Position numbers and translations under genes: made by a program
Notes under the pieces: model-generated
Databases searched by the model: none
The model's input: only the letters and a program-made list of their open reading frames with translations
What the model was told of the DNA's origin: nothing
Part shown: in pieces, positions 11,346 through 24,459 of the stretch
Layout: every line of letters starts with the position of its first letter
Numbering within the stretch: the first letter of the stretch is position 1
Assembly (NCBI GenBank): GCA_013239625.1
Contig: MU053917.1
Location: 20,170-84,169 of the forward strand
Length of the DNA: 64,000 bases
Direction of reading: 5' to 3'
Origin: Lama guanicoe
Taxonomy: Eukaryota

Positions 11346-11565
11346 ATTTTTTCAGCTTTATGGAATTATAACTGACAAAATTGTAATATATTTTTAAAAA
11401 TACAGATCCTTTAGTACTAATTAAGTATTCTTACAGGCACTTAATTTCGAACGGGCCTAATGTAAATAGCTGCATTTATTTCTTTATATTATATCTTAAT
11501 ACTCTGATTACTTTGTCTTCTTGACTCTCCATCCTGGGGTTACTTGAATGCTTTTTCATACTCAC

Positions 11566-11715
11566 TGTTGTTTTTGGCCTTTTTCTGGCAGCAATTCAAA
11601 AGGGCATTGAATATTTCTCCATCATTCTGCTGCACAAAGTGCTCACTATCACTCCACCAGTGCATGCGAAATTTGAAGAAGTATTCTTGGTTACCTATCA
11701 CTTGACCTAAACGCC
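11566..11715 (-). CDS. Candidate 150-nt coding exon RLGQVIGNQEYFFKFRMHWWSDSEHFVQQNDGEIFNALLNCCQKKAKNN of the unidentified gene
   Basis: cctttcatttcaccag| acceptor, A|gtgagt donor, phase 1-1, stop-free, in frame with exon 13940-13654. Confidence 0.6.
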
Positions 11716-12132
11716 CTGGTGAAATGAAAGGATCCTGGCCCCCCAGATGCCCCTGCCCAGCTGAGCTCACTCTCTGAACTCTCCTCCCTCGCTGAACGGT
11801 TCTTGCTTTTACAGTCTGATGAGTCAGAGGCGGTCTCATCTCGCCAGTCAGCATTAACAAGTCTGATACACCTCGATGTTTCACACAGCGCCTGCCTGGG
11901 CCTCGCACGCTTTGCGTGGTCAGTGCATTTGCCCTGAATGACTGGATGGATGGATTAAATGAAGGAAGGAAGGAAGAAATGGAACATACGGTATTCAACT
12001 TTTCTGTTAGAATATTGAAGGCATTCTATGGGATGAAAACCACTTTTTCTTTTGTTTTTTCAGATAAATGGCATCGAAAGTGGTTCATTCTGATTAAAAA
12101 ATCTCCTTTTTGCCCAAGAGTCTTAGTATTCT

Positions 12133-12828
12133 ATTTTTTTTATTGAGTTATAGTCAGTTTACAATGTTGTGACAATTTCCAGTGTAGTGCACAGTTTTTC
12201 AGTTGTACTTGAACGTACATATATTCATTGTCACATTCTTTTTCACCATGAGCTACCACAAGATCTTATATATATTGCCCTGTGCTGTACAGTATAATCT
12301 TGTTTCTCCATTCTATATATACCTGTCAGTATCTACAAATTTCAAACTCCCTGTCTGTCCCTTCCCACCCCCCTCCCCACTGGCAACCACAAGTTTGTAA
12401 TCTATGTGAGTCTATTTGATATTTATGTTCATTTGTCTCTTTCTATCTTTCTTTCTTTTTAGATCCACATAAGAACGATCTCATATGGTATTTTTCTTTC
12501 TTTTTCTGGCTTACTTCACTTAGAGTGACATTCTCCAGGGATATCCATGTAGCTGCAAATGGCGTGTTGCCATTTTTCATGGCTGAATAGTATTCCATTG
12601 CGTAAATATACCACCTGTTCTTTATGCAGTCATCTGTAGATGGACATTTAGGCTGTTTCCATGTCTTGGCTATTGTAAATAGTGCTGCTATGAACATTGC
12701 AGTGCAGGTGTCTTTTTGAAGTAGGGTTCCTTCTGGATATATGCCCAGGAGCGGGATTCCTGGGTCATATGGTAAGTCTATTCCTAGTCTTTTGAGGACT
12801 CTCCACACTGTGTTCCACAGCTGGTGTT
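12133..12828 (-). mobile_element. 5'-truncated young LINE-1 (ORF2 C-terminus and 3' UTR)
   Basis: ORF 12443..12895 gives [29 protein letters not shown]...WKQPKCPS...YAMEYYSA, the L1 ORF2 C-terminus; T tail near 12135. Confidence 0.95.
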
Positions 12829-12840
12829 GTATTTTAACTT

Positions 12841-12863
12841 TGTGTGTGTGTGTGTGTGTGTGT
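12841..12863. repeat. (TG)n microsatellite
   Basis: Pure TG run read directly. Confidence 0.95.
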
Positions 12864-13653
12864 GATTGTGAGACTTGAATGTGGCAAAGAAACAAGTCGA
12901 CGACTGCTCAGAACATTTTTACTCAATGACCAGTACTGTGCTAATCACTGTGAAGGGGGCCGAGTCCCTGTCCCTGAGTGTATTTGAGAGGACAAAATTT
13001 ATATAAGGCAAACAGAGAGCAACAGAAGACAATTTGTATTCAAATTAAATGTTATGTGGTACTTGTTCTAATTAGTGGGATAGCGATGGAATTCAGAGAA
13101 AGGAGGCGTCATTGGGCCTTGGGGACAAAAGGCAATTTGGGTCACTGAGGAGAAGGAAGACACTTCCCAGAGGGCGTTGTGGGCCAACTTGTAGCTTGTA
13201 CTGTTCTCCACAAAGAGACCCCCGTGTGGGTCTCTGCAGTGAATCAGATACCAAGGCAGACCTCACTAGTTTCCTGAAGGAAGCCCCGAGGTTACTTTTT
13301 CATGAACAAAAATGACACCCAGATTTAAAACACATTAAATAAAAACTAATGATCCAGTTAAAATCCGTAGTGAAACTATATATTTTTAAAACATGTGAAT
13401 AAAAGAAACCTAAATATAAATTGTGTTCTCTGAGCCATACCAAGGTATCCTTTGTTTTAGGTCTCTAAGGAAGTACCGGCCAAAGAATATGTCTAAAAAA
13501 TCTGTCCAAAAGATACTTTAAAAATTATTCCTCTCCAGGAAATGGATTCTAGTATTGAAAAGATGAAAAGTTGATACTTGAAAAAAATCAAATAAATATT
13601 TGGATCATACTTTATGTATGCATACGTAAAACATTTATGAAAGACCTACTAAC

Positions 13654-13940
13654 CTATTATAATATTGATAGAGAAGAGGTAAAAAAAGTTGATTTGTGCC
13701 CTAATGAGTTTGTGATCTGGTCGGTTATCTAAAACTAATGTCAATTTCTTAACAATGAGCCAGTTTAAAAAAAATGTTTGGTTGTCCGTTACTGACTGTA
13801 AATCCGTAGCAGTGCAGGGTCTGTGCAGAAGATGCAATGGGAAGATGTCAGCAGTTGGATTTTGGGGGATGAGGAGGACTGTGTTCCAGGTGGGGACTTT
13901 GGGAAGGGACATGAACCCTCTGTTATGAGGTGGTCCATAC
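13654..13940 (-). CDS. Candidate 287-nt coding exon YGPPHNRGFMSLPKVPTWNTVLLIP...QTFFLNWLIVKKLTLVLDNRPDHKLIRAQINFFYLFSINIII of the unidentified gene
   Basis: Acceptor cttctgttccaatcag|, donor AG|gttagt. One frame (ORF 13649..13960) is open across the whole exon in AT-rich DNA and ends in phase 1, matching the next exon. Confidence 0.55.
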
Positions 13941-14526
13941 CTGATTGGAACAGAAGCCATATTAAAGAAATGAGATCCAGGGGACCATGGTCAGAAAGTG
14001 GAGTGACAGCCTTGTTACAAAGACTTGGGACTTGCTGGAGAAGAGAGTTAAGCAGTTACTTTGTCCTAGAAAAAGGCATGTTTCAGAAAATTAGTTGGGC
14101 TGAATTATACAGCAAGATGAAAGATAAGGAGAGCAGTTTGTGGTTATTTTGCTATAATCTGAATATGAAATCTTGAGATCCTCGTGAAGATTAAAGTTAT
14201 ATAATCATTGCATGTGGAATTCTAATTTACAGAAGGCTACAAGGACACAGAATAAATTCATTGCCAATTAAATAATGCCTTCCTCTTAAATAATTTGAGA
14301 TTGCTTTTGGGCTATAAAGATAACTTCTCAAAATACATTGTCTGAAATACTAATGGCTCTTATTTTCGGCTTTTGGAATCTGTTGCGCAAATCAGAATTG
14401 CAATGCTGCTGAGGATGTTAGGTAGAACAGGGTTAACCTTTGGTCAGATACACTTTGTTTAGGAAAACTGAGTCCTTGATGGGACTTTGGAGACCTAACT
14501 TCGCAAACGGAGTAAGCACAGCTCAC

Positions 14527-14589
14527 CTGGGTATCACACACGCTCACATCCAAATGGAAGACAAGCCATAATTTAGGAGGAGATTGAGC
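14527..14589 (-). other. Candidate 63-nt upstream exon of the unidentified gene
   Basis: ataaacag| acceptor and CAG|gtgagc donor. The frame compatible with the next exon reads ...WM*ACVIPR, so it is either 5' UTR or a decayed coding exon. Confidence 0.4.
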
Positions 14590-15079
14590 CTGTTTATGGT
14601 CCAAAATGAATTTAAATGATGAGGCTATGAATGTAGTGAGAAGCAAGGAAATGAAATTGACAGATAGTAGCTTTCATTTTGAATTTCAGATTACTGGCTT
14701 TCTATTAGCATACTCTGGGAGTAGCGAATTCCTATTAAGTTGGCACCTAGATTTAAATTTCATGAATAGGCAATTGTAGGTATAAACACTCATTTCAGTG
14801 AGCTATGGACATGGCGATTTCCTTCCTAAATCAGGAGGCTATAGGCTAGATATTATTAGTCTAAACTTGTCATCCTGCCTTTAGGCGGTAGGAACTTTCT
14901 TCATCTATTCCTTTTGGTTTTGTTGATTTGGGTAGAACAACTGAGCGGCTCTAAAGAGAATGTAATAGTTTAATTCTTACTTAATATGTGTTTAAAAATA
15001 TTAAAGTATTTTAGTAGACATTTATGCCTAGACATGAAGTGTTAGAAACTTTTGAAATGACGAGAATGACATTTCTGTC

Positions 15080-15345
15080 CAGCAGCCGTCCTCGGGCTGT
15101 TTGGCTAGAAAGCCTGGGCTCGCGGTGGCTAGAGGTCTCGCAGGTCCTGTAGCACGTGGGGGCGGCGGGCACTCTGCTCGACAGCCGCACGGAGAGCTGC
15201 CCCGCCCACCTCTGCCGCAAATAGCAGAGAACAGGTGGACATTAATCGCTTCAGCTCTGAATTTAAACGGCGATGCATCCTCTGATTGCAGCAGCGACGT
15301 GCATCGCGGGCCCCAGTCAGTTCCCTGAGCCGGGGCTTTGGATGG
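15080..15345. promoter_or_regulatory. Small CpG-rich element with GC boxes and an E-box
   Basis: Local CpG cluster with cacgtg, gggggcgg and ccccgccc motifs in AT-rich surroundings. Confidence 0.35.
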
Positions 15346-16639
15346 TTCTCTAGGGGACAGGGATGGGCGATACGCTGCCTCCTTATAGTCAAAGGAAGAG
15401 AAAGTGAGCTTAAAGTGAGTGATGTTGATGGAGAAAAATCAACAGCAGTACTTTCCCGTCTCTAGGCTGTGAGGCCAGGCCATCTCCAAACCCAGGGTAC
15501 CACCAGGAAGAGAGCCGAATCTCCCTCACCCTCTTTTTAGACCTGGTGCGGGTGCAGGTGCCAACCAGGGTGCCTTTTACTCTCTGGGGATGTTTGAAGT
15601 GTAATCAGATGCCTCCTTCTCTGTTTTTACATCTCAGCCTCTACTCCTGCCTGTGATGCACATACACACGTCAAGTTCTCAACTTAGAAAAGCCCCTCTC
15701 CCAGGAGGGGGCCTGAATAGTAGAGGTTCCTTCCTTTAGTAACAGCAGAAAATTAGGACGCTTACCCCATGGCAGCTCATAAGGAAGCTCATGTTACTCT
15801 GGAATGCCTTTTTGTCAGGTTTTGCTTTTTCTGTCGTGAGTGACGAATGGCTCTGGCCAATCCTGGCCCATGTCTCTTCCTCACCTCCCTGGAGAGTCTG
15901 AATTTGCGAGGTATTACCGTGTAGGATATTTTATCACCTTCCCTGGATGTGCAGCTTGATACCTTTCAAGAAGAAAATCTTCTCAGAGATTGAGTAAATT
16001 GCTAAGAGCTTGTTCTTAGACTTGTGCAATTACGATGCGTGGATGAAGACAACTCGGTTATCTTTCGTTTTTTTACAGCCCCTGTTTTTCTCTCTATCAT
16101 TGTGTCTAGTCACATTCTAAGTTTCTACCAAAAGCAAGTGACATATGTACATTTCCTTTGAACTTAAATCATTGGCCAAAAAGATGCATTTTCTTTACGC
16201 AGGATTCTTTGTGGGCACAGCAGACTGCGTTCATTGAGCAGACGTGCAGTGTGGATTTGAGAGCTGTTCCTTCGACACGTGAGAGGCCGGTGTGTGTGAC
16301 TACACGCTTCACTTGTTCTCCCGGCTTCTTGTCTGAGTCAGTTTGCTTGTTCCACACGGAGGAGCATGTCTCTATGACTGGGTTTTTCCGTTCAAGAAAT
16401 TAATACCGTACAACCTTGCCTTGCCTTGTGCCATTGACTGTTACCTGTGTCCTCAGAAGAGGCTGAAAAGATTGATCCCCAAAGGAATGAATTAAGTCAA
16501 GTGATTTGCTCTGTGACTCTCGTCTTTCATTTTTAGTTTTATAAGTTCCCTGTGACCTTCAGGATCCAAGGCCCTGTTCCATCTAACTCTGCTTGTTGGC
16601 TCATACTTGGGTTGAGGTCTTTGTTGAAGGTCTCCCATT

Positions 16640-16765
16640 TCTTCTTCTTTTTGTTTTTATAATTTTTATGGGGGAAGGGAATTAGGTTTATTCATTGATT
16701 TTTAGCGGCGGTAACTGAGGATTGAACCCAGGACCTCGTGCACACTAGGCATGCACTCTCCCATT
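16640..16765 (-). mobile_element. Camelid-type tRNA-derived SINE
   Basis: ggggaagggaattaggtttatt ... gaggattgaacccaggacctcgtgcacactaggcatgcactct, including the reverse complement of a Pol III B box. Confidence 0.8.
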
Positions 16766-18574
16766 TCTTCTTGCTGTAGGCTAGAGTCATGTCTCTGATA
16801 CGGTTGTCCCAGCATTTTTGTTTCTCACCTCAGCAGTGTTTGAGTGCCATTTCTGTACATCAATGCATGGGAACATCAGTAAAAGGGTTTGTGTGCCTTC
16901 CTTGGTCGGCCGGCTTCGCCTGTGTAGCAGAGGTGATTCTGTACACAGTCTAACTCAGTACCTTTCACTGTCCTGTTAAAATGACCTCACTGCCTGACAG
17001 TTAGTTACCCAGCTTGCTTTCCTCCAGGACCTCCCTGTGCTGCACTGTTACTGTGCCACTCACTAGTCCATCAGAGCTTGACAAGGGTACTCAGAGTTTG
17101 CAATCATTGTGTCCTCAGTGCTGGGTTACTGAGGTGGGTCTGGCTCCAGCCGGGATGCGGGTGCCCTGTGTGGAGAGAAAGCATCTGGTCTCTCCATCCT
17201 GCCACAGCGCAGGAAGGTGTGTTGCCTGGCAGCAGAATTCCGCGCACGTCGTAGCTGCTGGCGGCAGTTGGCGGTGTGAACGGGAAACGTGTGAAGTGTT
17301 TGTAGGTTTCTGGAGGACAGGCCGCGTGTCCTTGCAACTGTTGTTGTTGTGCAGGAACCCAAATCTAAATTGCGCTGTGTGGCTCGGTCGCTGTGCTTCA
17401 TTTATTTAAAACACGGCATTTGGAGAGAGTTAAATACCGGCACACTGTGTCTTCGCCTGGTTTTTTTTCCCCCCTGAAGCAAATTTGTTGGGTGTGTTTG
17501 CCAGAGGCTTAGCAGGAGCTGAGCAGTGAAGGAGCACGTGCCTAACGTGATAGGCCTTCTTTGCCGGGTTCATTCTGACAGAAGTAATCATCTACATTGA
17601 TTTATAAGAGTGGGATTGAGTGGGGACATTGATTCAAAATAAGAGAACGGCTGTGAACAGTTTGATTTATGAGGGTATGAAAGCAGATGATTCAGATTTC
17701 ACTTTGTTCGATCTAAGGTGGCTGGCCCAGGGGTTAGTTGTCAAAGTACATTCAGCAAAGAGCAGTCGGTTTCGCGATGAGAAACACACCCCTGATAGAA
17801 TGTATAATTTACTCCGTTGAGGCCGGGACCACGTTGTGTGCTTAATACGTGCGTGCGAGGCTGTTACCTACGTATGTGTGGGAGAAGATTGCTTCAGAGG
17901 GAGATAAGTAACCTTATCAGACACTCATGGGACAAGAATACGAGTGCAGGGAGTGATCAGAGGGCTTGCAAATAGCCGCGAGCTGATTTTCAGAGCCGTG
18001 GCCACTCGTTTTGCAAGGTACTTTTCCCGTTTAAGAGAATGAAGCTCGGCTCTCCTGGGGAGTGGAGTGTCCTCAGGGCTCAGTTATGATGGGGGGAAGA
18101 AAAACAAACAAAGAGCCCTTTTGTTGGGACATGCAGCCCCTCCTCCGGTGATCATGGCGGCTTTGCTGTGCTTCCTGGAAGCCACTGTTGGGTTCCCCAG
18201 ACCCCCTTCGGTGTTTGTCCCTCAGGTCTCCCAAACCCCTCTCTGATTCCGTGATCACAGCACGGGTCCTGAAACCGTCAGCTACTCAAGGCCACGGTCC
18301 AAGTCCTTCCCAGCAGGTAGCAGCTGGATACGGACACCGCACACTGAGGAAGCGACGTATTTCAGTGTCAGTTGGGTCCCAAGAGTTTGTCTAAGGAATA
18401 CAGGTGCCCTCAGGAAGCATCCATTTTTTAAATCTGATCCAACATCAGCAGCTCATACAGTTCTGCTCCTGATTTCCCCGACTCCGGCTTGACGGGGCTG
18501 GGCCAGGCTTGGCGACTTGCTCACAGGCTGTCTCCGTGCTCATTATTTCTGACTGGCGATGTGTGTCTCTGCAG

Positions 18575-18681
18575 GGAGCATGACCTCGGCAGCTTCGCCT
18601 ATCGTATTAAAATGGGACCCCAAACGTTTGGAAATCCGGACGCTGACCGTGGAGAGGCTCTTGGAGCTGCTTGTCACACAG
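18575..18681 (+). pseudogene. CTNNA2: Alpha-N-catenin first coding exon copy; ATG at 18580, MTSAASPIVLKWDPKRLEIRTLTVERLLELLVTQ
   Basis: tctctgcag| acceptor, CAG|gtaaga donor, 107 nt. Four differences from recalled CTNNA2 MTSATSPIILKWDPKSLEIRTLTVERLLEPLVTQ (T5A, I9V, S16R, P30L). Confidence 0.92.
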
Positions 18682-19324
18682 GTAAGAGCTCCTTTGAAAC
18701 GCTTTGTGACATGTGTGTTTCTGCTGGGATTATATCATGAGTTTCCAGGGATCTTAGAAACCCTGAAGAGTGAGTAAATCCCGCTATAACGCTGAGCACT
18801 GAGGATGCGTTCCCGCCTGAGCTGTGGACAGTTTTTTTTCCGCCCAGTGAGGTTTGGAGTGCCTTTGAGGAAGACTCTTCATGTGACTTTTGAGATTAAG
18901 TTGAGGAGGTAATTAAAGGGGGGCTTTGGTGAAGGGCGCTCTCATTTGCAGTAATGGATTCGCAGTCTAAATAAACCGTCCTGCCTTACTTTCAGATGCT
19001 AATGCAGTCAGGAGGAACTGCCCTGAGGATTTAAGGGCAAAGTGTTTTTATTGAGTTACTTTTTTCTTTGGTTTACAAGGGGAAATTCATCATTTTGAAA
19101 TGATGGAAGGTTCCACTTTGATGTTGTCACAGTTGTCACATTTCCGCAAGACGACTGTTAGCAGAGAAACACTCTTAGGATTTTTAAAGTTGTAAAACCT
19201 AATTTTTGCATCTTGTGAAGCATGCTCTTTGCTGTGTTAAGTAAGAATTTCATGGAATGTGAAAGTTCAGGATTTTCCATGGCGTATGTATAGAGATGTA
19301 TGATGTCAAGTTAAGTAGGGGGCA

Positions 19325-19803
19325 CCGAAGTTGGTTTCTTCCTGCTGCTGTAGCAAATTACCATAAGCGTAGTGGCTGGAAGCCTCCCCGATTTATTACC
19401 TCGCGGTTCTAGAGGTCAGGACTCCTGACGTCAGGGTGTTGGCAGAGGTGTGCTCGTTTTGGAGGCTTTCGCAGAAAATCCTTTTTTTTTTTTTTCACCT
19501 TTTCCAAATTCTAAAGGCTGCTCCCTTTTCGGCCCCTTCCTCCAGGTTGGAAGCCAGCTGTGTGGCGTCCTCAGATCTCTCTCTGACTCTGCGCTCTGCT
19601 TCTGCCCTCGCATCACCCTCCCTCCCTCTTATAAGGACCCTTAGGATTACATTGCGCCCACTCGGATACTTGAGAATAATCTGACCTCAAGAGCCGTGAC
19701 CAGATCACATCTGAAGAGGCTCTTCTGGCATTTAAGGGGACATATTGAGTTTCCAGGAATTAGAACATGCACATCTTTGGGGGTCGTTGTTCAGCTCGCC
19801 ATA
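19325..19803 (-). mobile_element. MLT1 (ERVL-MaLR) solo LTR
   Basis: gctgctgtagcaaattaccataa ... gttctagaggtcag ... cttataaggacccttaggattacatt ... atcacatctg ... catctttgggg are MLT1 hallmarks. Confidence 0.85.
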
Positions 19804-19989
19804 GTCCCCCCTCCGGCCACCCTCCCCTACAGTTCACGTCCTTGCTACACAAAACACATTCACTACGTCTCTAGAGCCTCAGTAGACTCAGCCCATTACA
19901 GTGTCATCTCAAGACCAAAACCCCGCCTGGAATTCATCCGGTTTTAAACTCCAGGTTTGTTTTTTTTTTATCACTTCGGCTATCTGATA

Positions 19990-20612
19990 TCTTTTTTTTT
20001 TCACATTTTTTTCTCTGTGATTTATCATAACATTTTGTGTATATTTCCCTGTGCTATACAGTGTAATCTTGTTTATCTATTCTACAATTTTGAAATCCCA
20101 GTCTATCCCTTCCCACCCTCTACCCCCCTGGTAACCACAAGTCTGTATTCTCTTCCATGAGTCTATTTCTGTTCTGTAATTATGCTTTGTTTTTGTTTGT
20201 TTGTTTGTTTTTGTTTTTGTTTTTTAGATTCCACATATGAGCGATCTCATATGGTATTTTTCTTTCTCTTTCTGGCTTACTTCACTTAGAATGACATTCT
20301 CCAGGAGCATCCATGTTGCTACAAATGGCGTTATGTTGTCGGTTTTTATGGCTGAGTAATATTCCATTGTATAAATATACCACATCTTCTTTATCCAGTC
20401 ACCTGTTGATGGACATTTAGGCTGTTTCCACGTTTTGGCTATTGTAAATAGTGCTGCTATGAACATTGGGGTGCAGGTGTCTTTTTGAAGTAGCGTTCCT
20501 TCTGGATATATGCCCAGGAGCAGGATTCCTGGGTCATATGGTAAGTCTATTCCTAGTCTTTTGAGGAATCTCCATCCTGTTTTCCACAGTGGCTGCACCA
20601 AACTGCATTCCT
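19990..20612 (-). mobile_element. 5'-truncated young LINE-1
   Basis: ORF 20224..20601 is an uninterrupted L1 ORF2 C-terminus; very similar to the copy at 12133-12828. Confidence 0.95.
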
Positions 20613-22035
20613 GTCTTACTCCCAGTAGTCTGTACCTCCCGCTCTCCTACCCCTTTCCTGCCCCTCCCCACCTCTCCCCACTGGTAACCACTGTTCTGTT
20701 CTCTGTATCTGTGAGTCAGGTTCTTCTTTTGTTATATGCGCTACTTGGTTTTTTTTTTAGATTCCACGTATAAGTGATATCATACAGTGTTTGTCTTTCT
20801 CCAACTTATTTCACTTAGCATAATGCCCTCCTTGTTCACCCATGTTGCTGCAAGTGGCAAAATTCCATTCTTCTTCATGGCTGAGTAATATTCCGTTGTG
20901 TATATGCCGCATCTTCTTTATCCCTTCATCTGTTGATGGACACTTACGTTGCTTCCAATGGTAGCAGTAATTCCAGTACTTGGCAATAGTAAATAATGCA
21001 GCTGTGAACATTGATGTGTGTGCATCTTTTCAGATTAGTGTTTTGGGTTTGTTAGAATATTTACCACGGGAGTGGAATTGCTGGATCCTTTGGAAATTCT
21101 GTTTTTAGTTTTGTGAGAAACCTCTGTAGTGTTTTCCACAGTGGCTGCACCAATCCCATAACACGCAACAGTGCACAAGGGTTCCCTTTTCACCACATCC
21201 TCACCAGCATTTGTTATTTGTGGACATTTTGGTGACAGCCATTCTGACAGGTGGAGGTGATACCTCTTTGTGGCTTTGATTTGCATTTCTCTGCTGACTA
21301 ACAATGCAGAGCATCTTCTCGTGTTCCTGTTGACCATCTGCATTTCCTCTGTGGAAAAATGTCTGTTCATTTCTTCTGCCCATTTTTTAATTGGGTTGGT
21401 TTTTTTTAGATATTAAGCTCTATGAGCTGTTTGTATATTTTCGGTATTAATCTCTGACAGGTCATATCGTTTGCAAGTATTTTGTCCCATTCAGTAGTTT
21501 GTTTTTTCCCTTTATTGATGGTTTCCTTTGCTGTGCAAAAGCCTTTAATTTTAATTAGGTCCCATTTGTTATATATTCTGTTTCTATTCCCTTTACTTTA
21601 GGAGATGAATCCAAAAAGATATTGTTGAGATTTATGTCAAAGAGTGTTCTGCCTATGTTTTCCTCTGGGAATTTTATAGTATCCAGTCTTACATTGAGAT
21701 CTTCAATCCACTCGGAGTTTATTTTTGTATGTGGTGGTAGAGAATGTCCTAACGGCAGTCTTGTACAGGCAGCTGTCCAGTTTTCCCAGCACCACTTATT
21801 GAAGAGGCTGTCTTTTCTCCATTGTATAGTCTCACTGCCTTTGTCATAGATTAACTGGCCGTAAGTGCGTGGGTTTGTTTTAGCGCTCTCTACCCTGTTC
21901 CGTTGATCTCTGTGTCTGTCTGTGTGCCAGTCCCTCACTGCTTTGATTACTGTAGCTTTGTAGTGTAGTCTGAGGTCAAAGAATGTGGTTCCTCCAGCTC
22001 CATTCTTCCTTCTCAAGATGGTTTGGGCTATTTCA
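20613..22035 (-). mobile_element. Older LINE-1 fragment (ORF2 3' part and 3' UTR)
   Basis: ORFs 21555..22016 (WRKDSLFNKWCWENW) and 21035..21370 are frameshifted L1 ORF2 pieces. Confidence 0.93.
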
Positions 22036-24459
22036 AATTGAAGTTCGCACAGCGGGAGAGATCCCTCACCGGCTGCAGGTGCTGCACGTGCTGGGGGAAA
22101 TGTACCTACAACCCCAGCACATACGATCGAAAGTAATCACTCACGCGATGTGGCGGGCCAGAGAGCCAGGGTCAGGATTTAACAAGCGTTTGGATCTTTG
22201 TGCTCCCAGGTACACAGCCTGAACTCCTGTTGCTACATTTGAGGAACAGTAGGTGACCCCAGAGAAATGGAACTTGCAGTCACTGAAGGAAGGGCTCCCT
22301 CACAAGCACTCTGTTCCAAAGCTAATCTTTCCTGCTTCAGACCACTCAGGGACGGGGGCCATTCTGGATCTGGGGTGTGACAATCCAGTGGGGCTCAGGG
22401 CTGGACAGGATGGAGGGAAATAGAAGAGCCAGGAACATAAGCAGGTGAGAGCAAACTGCAGCTGTGCAGCCAAGGGTCGGGGGACCTTAGAAGGATGCAG
22501 TTCCAGCCTTTGGGATGTAGTTTTGAAGATTATACATTTTGTATATATTTTTAATCAAAGTAAAGCTTTCCATGAAATACCATTTATGCATACTGCAAGC
22601 ACTACTTTCTGGTAATTTCTCTTTCCTCTGCCTTGCCCTATTGTAATGCAATTTATTCTGTAAAATTTTTAAAGAAGTGTCTGACCTCAAATCATTAAGT
22701 TGATGTGGAAACCCACTAATGGGTCATGACTTGTCATTTAAAAAACTGGAGTCTAGTTTTAACATGTTTATATAATAGTTAAGTAAACAGAACGTAGATC
22801 AACACTGACGGTTGGGGTCTGCTGGAGTGTTTTTAAACAGACGTCAGAGATAACGTATGTGAAGTACTGAGCAAGGGCTGTGACATGCAGTGCAGAGTCG
22901 TTCAGTACTGACACCACCACCATCGAGAAGGTGAACAGAGAGTCCCGGACAGGTGTCCTTGAGGTGACCCCAAAATAGCACATGAGCCTGCTGCTCACAT
23001 CCCACGGCCACGCTTAGTTGCAGGGGACGGTGGGACATGCACTCTGTGTTGGACAGGCACCCTGCTAAACCGTGGGTGCTGTAAGGAAGGAAGGAGGACC
23101 GGAGAAAGGAAGGAAGTCAGCGTTCTCTGCCGAAAGCTCCGGAGGGGTCGGCAGTGAGGAGGCGGCTGGAGAAAGCGGGGGATGGGAGTGAGTGTGCCAG
23201 TGACCCTGAAGCCTGTGGGAGAATAGGGAGAAGCAAACAGACTTTGTAACAAAGTGTCAAAAATGCGGTGAGAGGCATGCACAGAGCACCGAGCCCCGAA
23301 GGCCCCCAGTGAGGGCAATGCAACCCAGACTTGCAGGTAGAATCGGAAAGGCTTCCCATCCGGGTGGAGATCTGAATCGTGAAGTTAGCTACCAGATGAT
23401 AGTTGGGTGGGATGCTCAGGGCAGAGGAAGCATAAAATTCCAAGGCCCTGACATGAGCATGAGCATGGAGTGATTAAGAAACAGAAAGAAGTTCAGTCTG
23501 GCAGGTAGGCGCATGGAGGGCAAGGGGAGACAAGAAATGGGGCTCTGGGAAGTGAGCTGGAGGCAGGTGATGCTTTACTGTACGTTAAGGAGACTAAACT
23601 GTGTCCTCAAGGCAAGAGTTCAGTTAAGGAGATGGATGGATGCATTATTGTAAACCCAGCCTGAATTATCGCTGCCACGCTAGTCCCCGGAGCCAAAGGA
23701 GGAAGGTGCAAAACATGAGAAGTTTCCGCTCCATCCTTGAGAGGAAACCTCATATAAATGTTTCCAGTGTGGCTCAGTGTGATTTTCATATAGCACGATC
23801 TGGCTGCAAAATACTTTCTGTGGGTACTGATAATTGAGTTTCTGTTCTGTGTCTTACCCATTGACTGAACTGGGTTAGGGGTGTACACTGAGAAACAAAT
23901 CAAAGAGTCAGTCTACAGTGAACACAAAATAGAATTCCTCTGCATTATAAACAGGTTGATCAACAGAATGAGAGAGGGAAGTAAGAACCAGAAAGGGAGG
24001 TGTCGTAGACATTTAACAAAACAGCCAGCCGGATGGTGGAAGACACGAACGTGGCAGTGGTGCCTGGTGGTGTCATCCAAGCACTGCCTCGCCGCTTTCC
24101 CACCAAAGCAGCTCAGGGAATCTGGTGGTAAAGCCGCGGGTGGTTGGTAGCAACTTTGACGAGGTTTCTTAAAAATTTCAATTTCAGTTTTAAGACGAAT
24201 TAAATTCTGTAGAACAGATTTATTCTTCTTTTAATAAGGAAAAGAAACTGTCTTTTCCTCTGTTTCTGTTAAATACTGTTCCAAGAGTGTGTCCTGTACT
24301 TCTCACATACTATGGTACTGCACAGTGCGTACCTGTTAATATGGAAATCTGGATTTGAAAAATACCGATCTGGTCAACGTCTAGACTGAGAGGGGGCTAA
24401 GAGACAGTTAAAATTCATGAATGAGCCAGGGGGTCACCTGAAGTGCCACTCCGTTAGTT

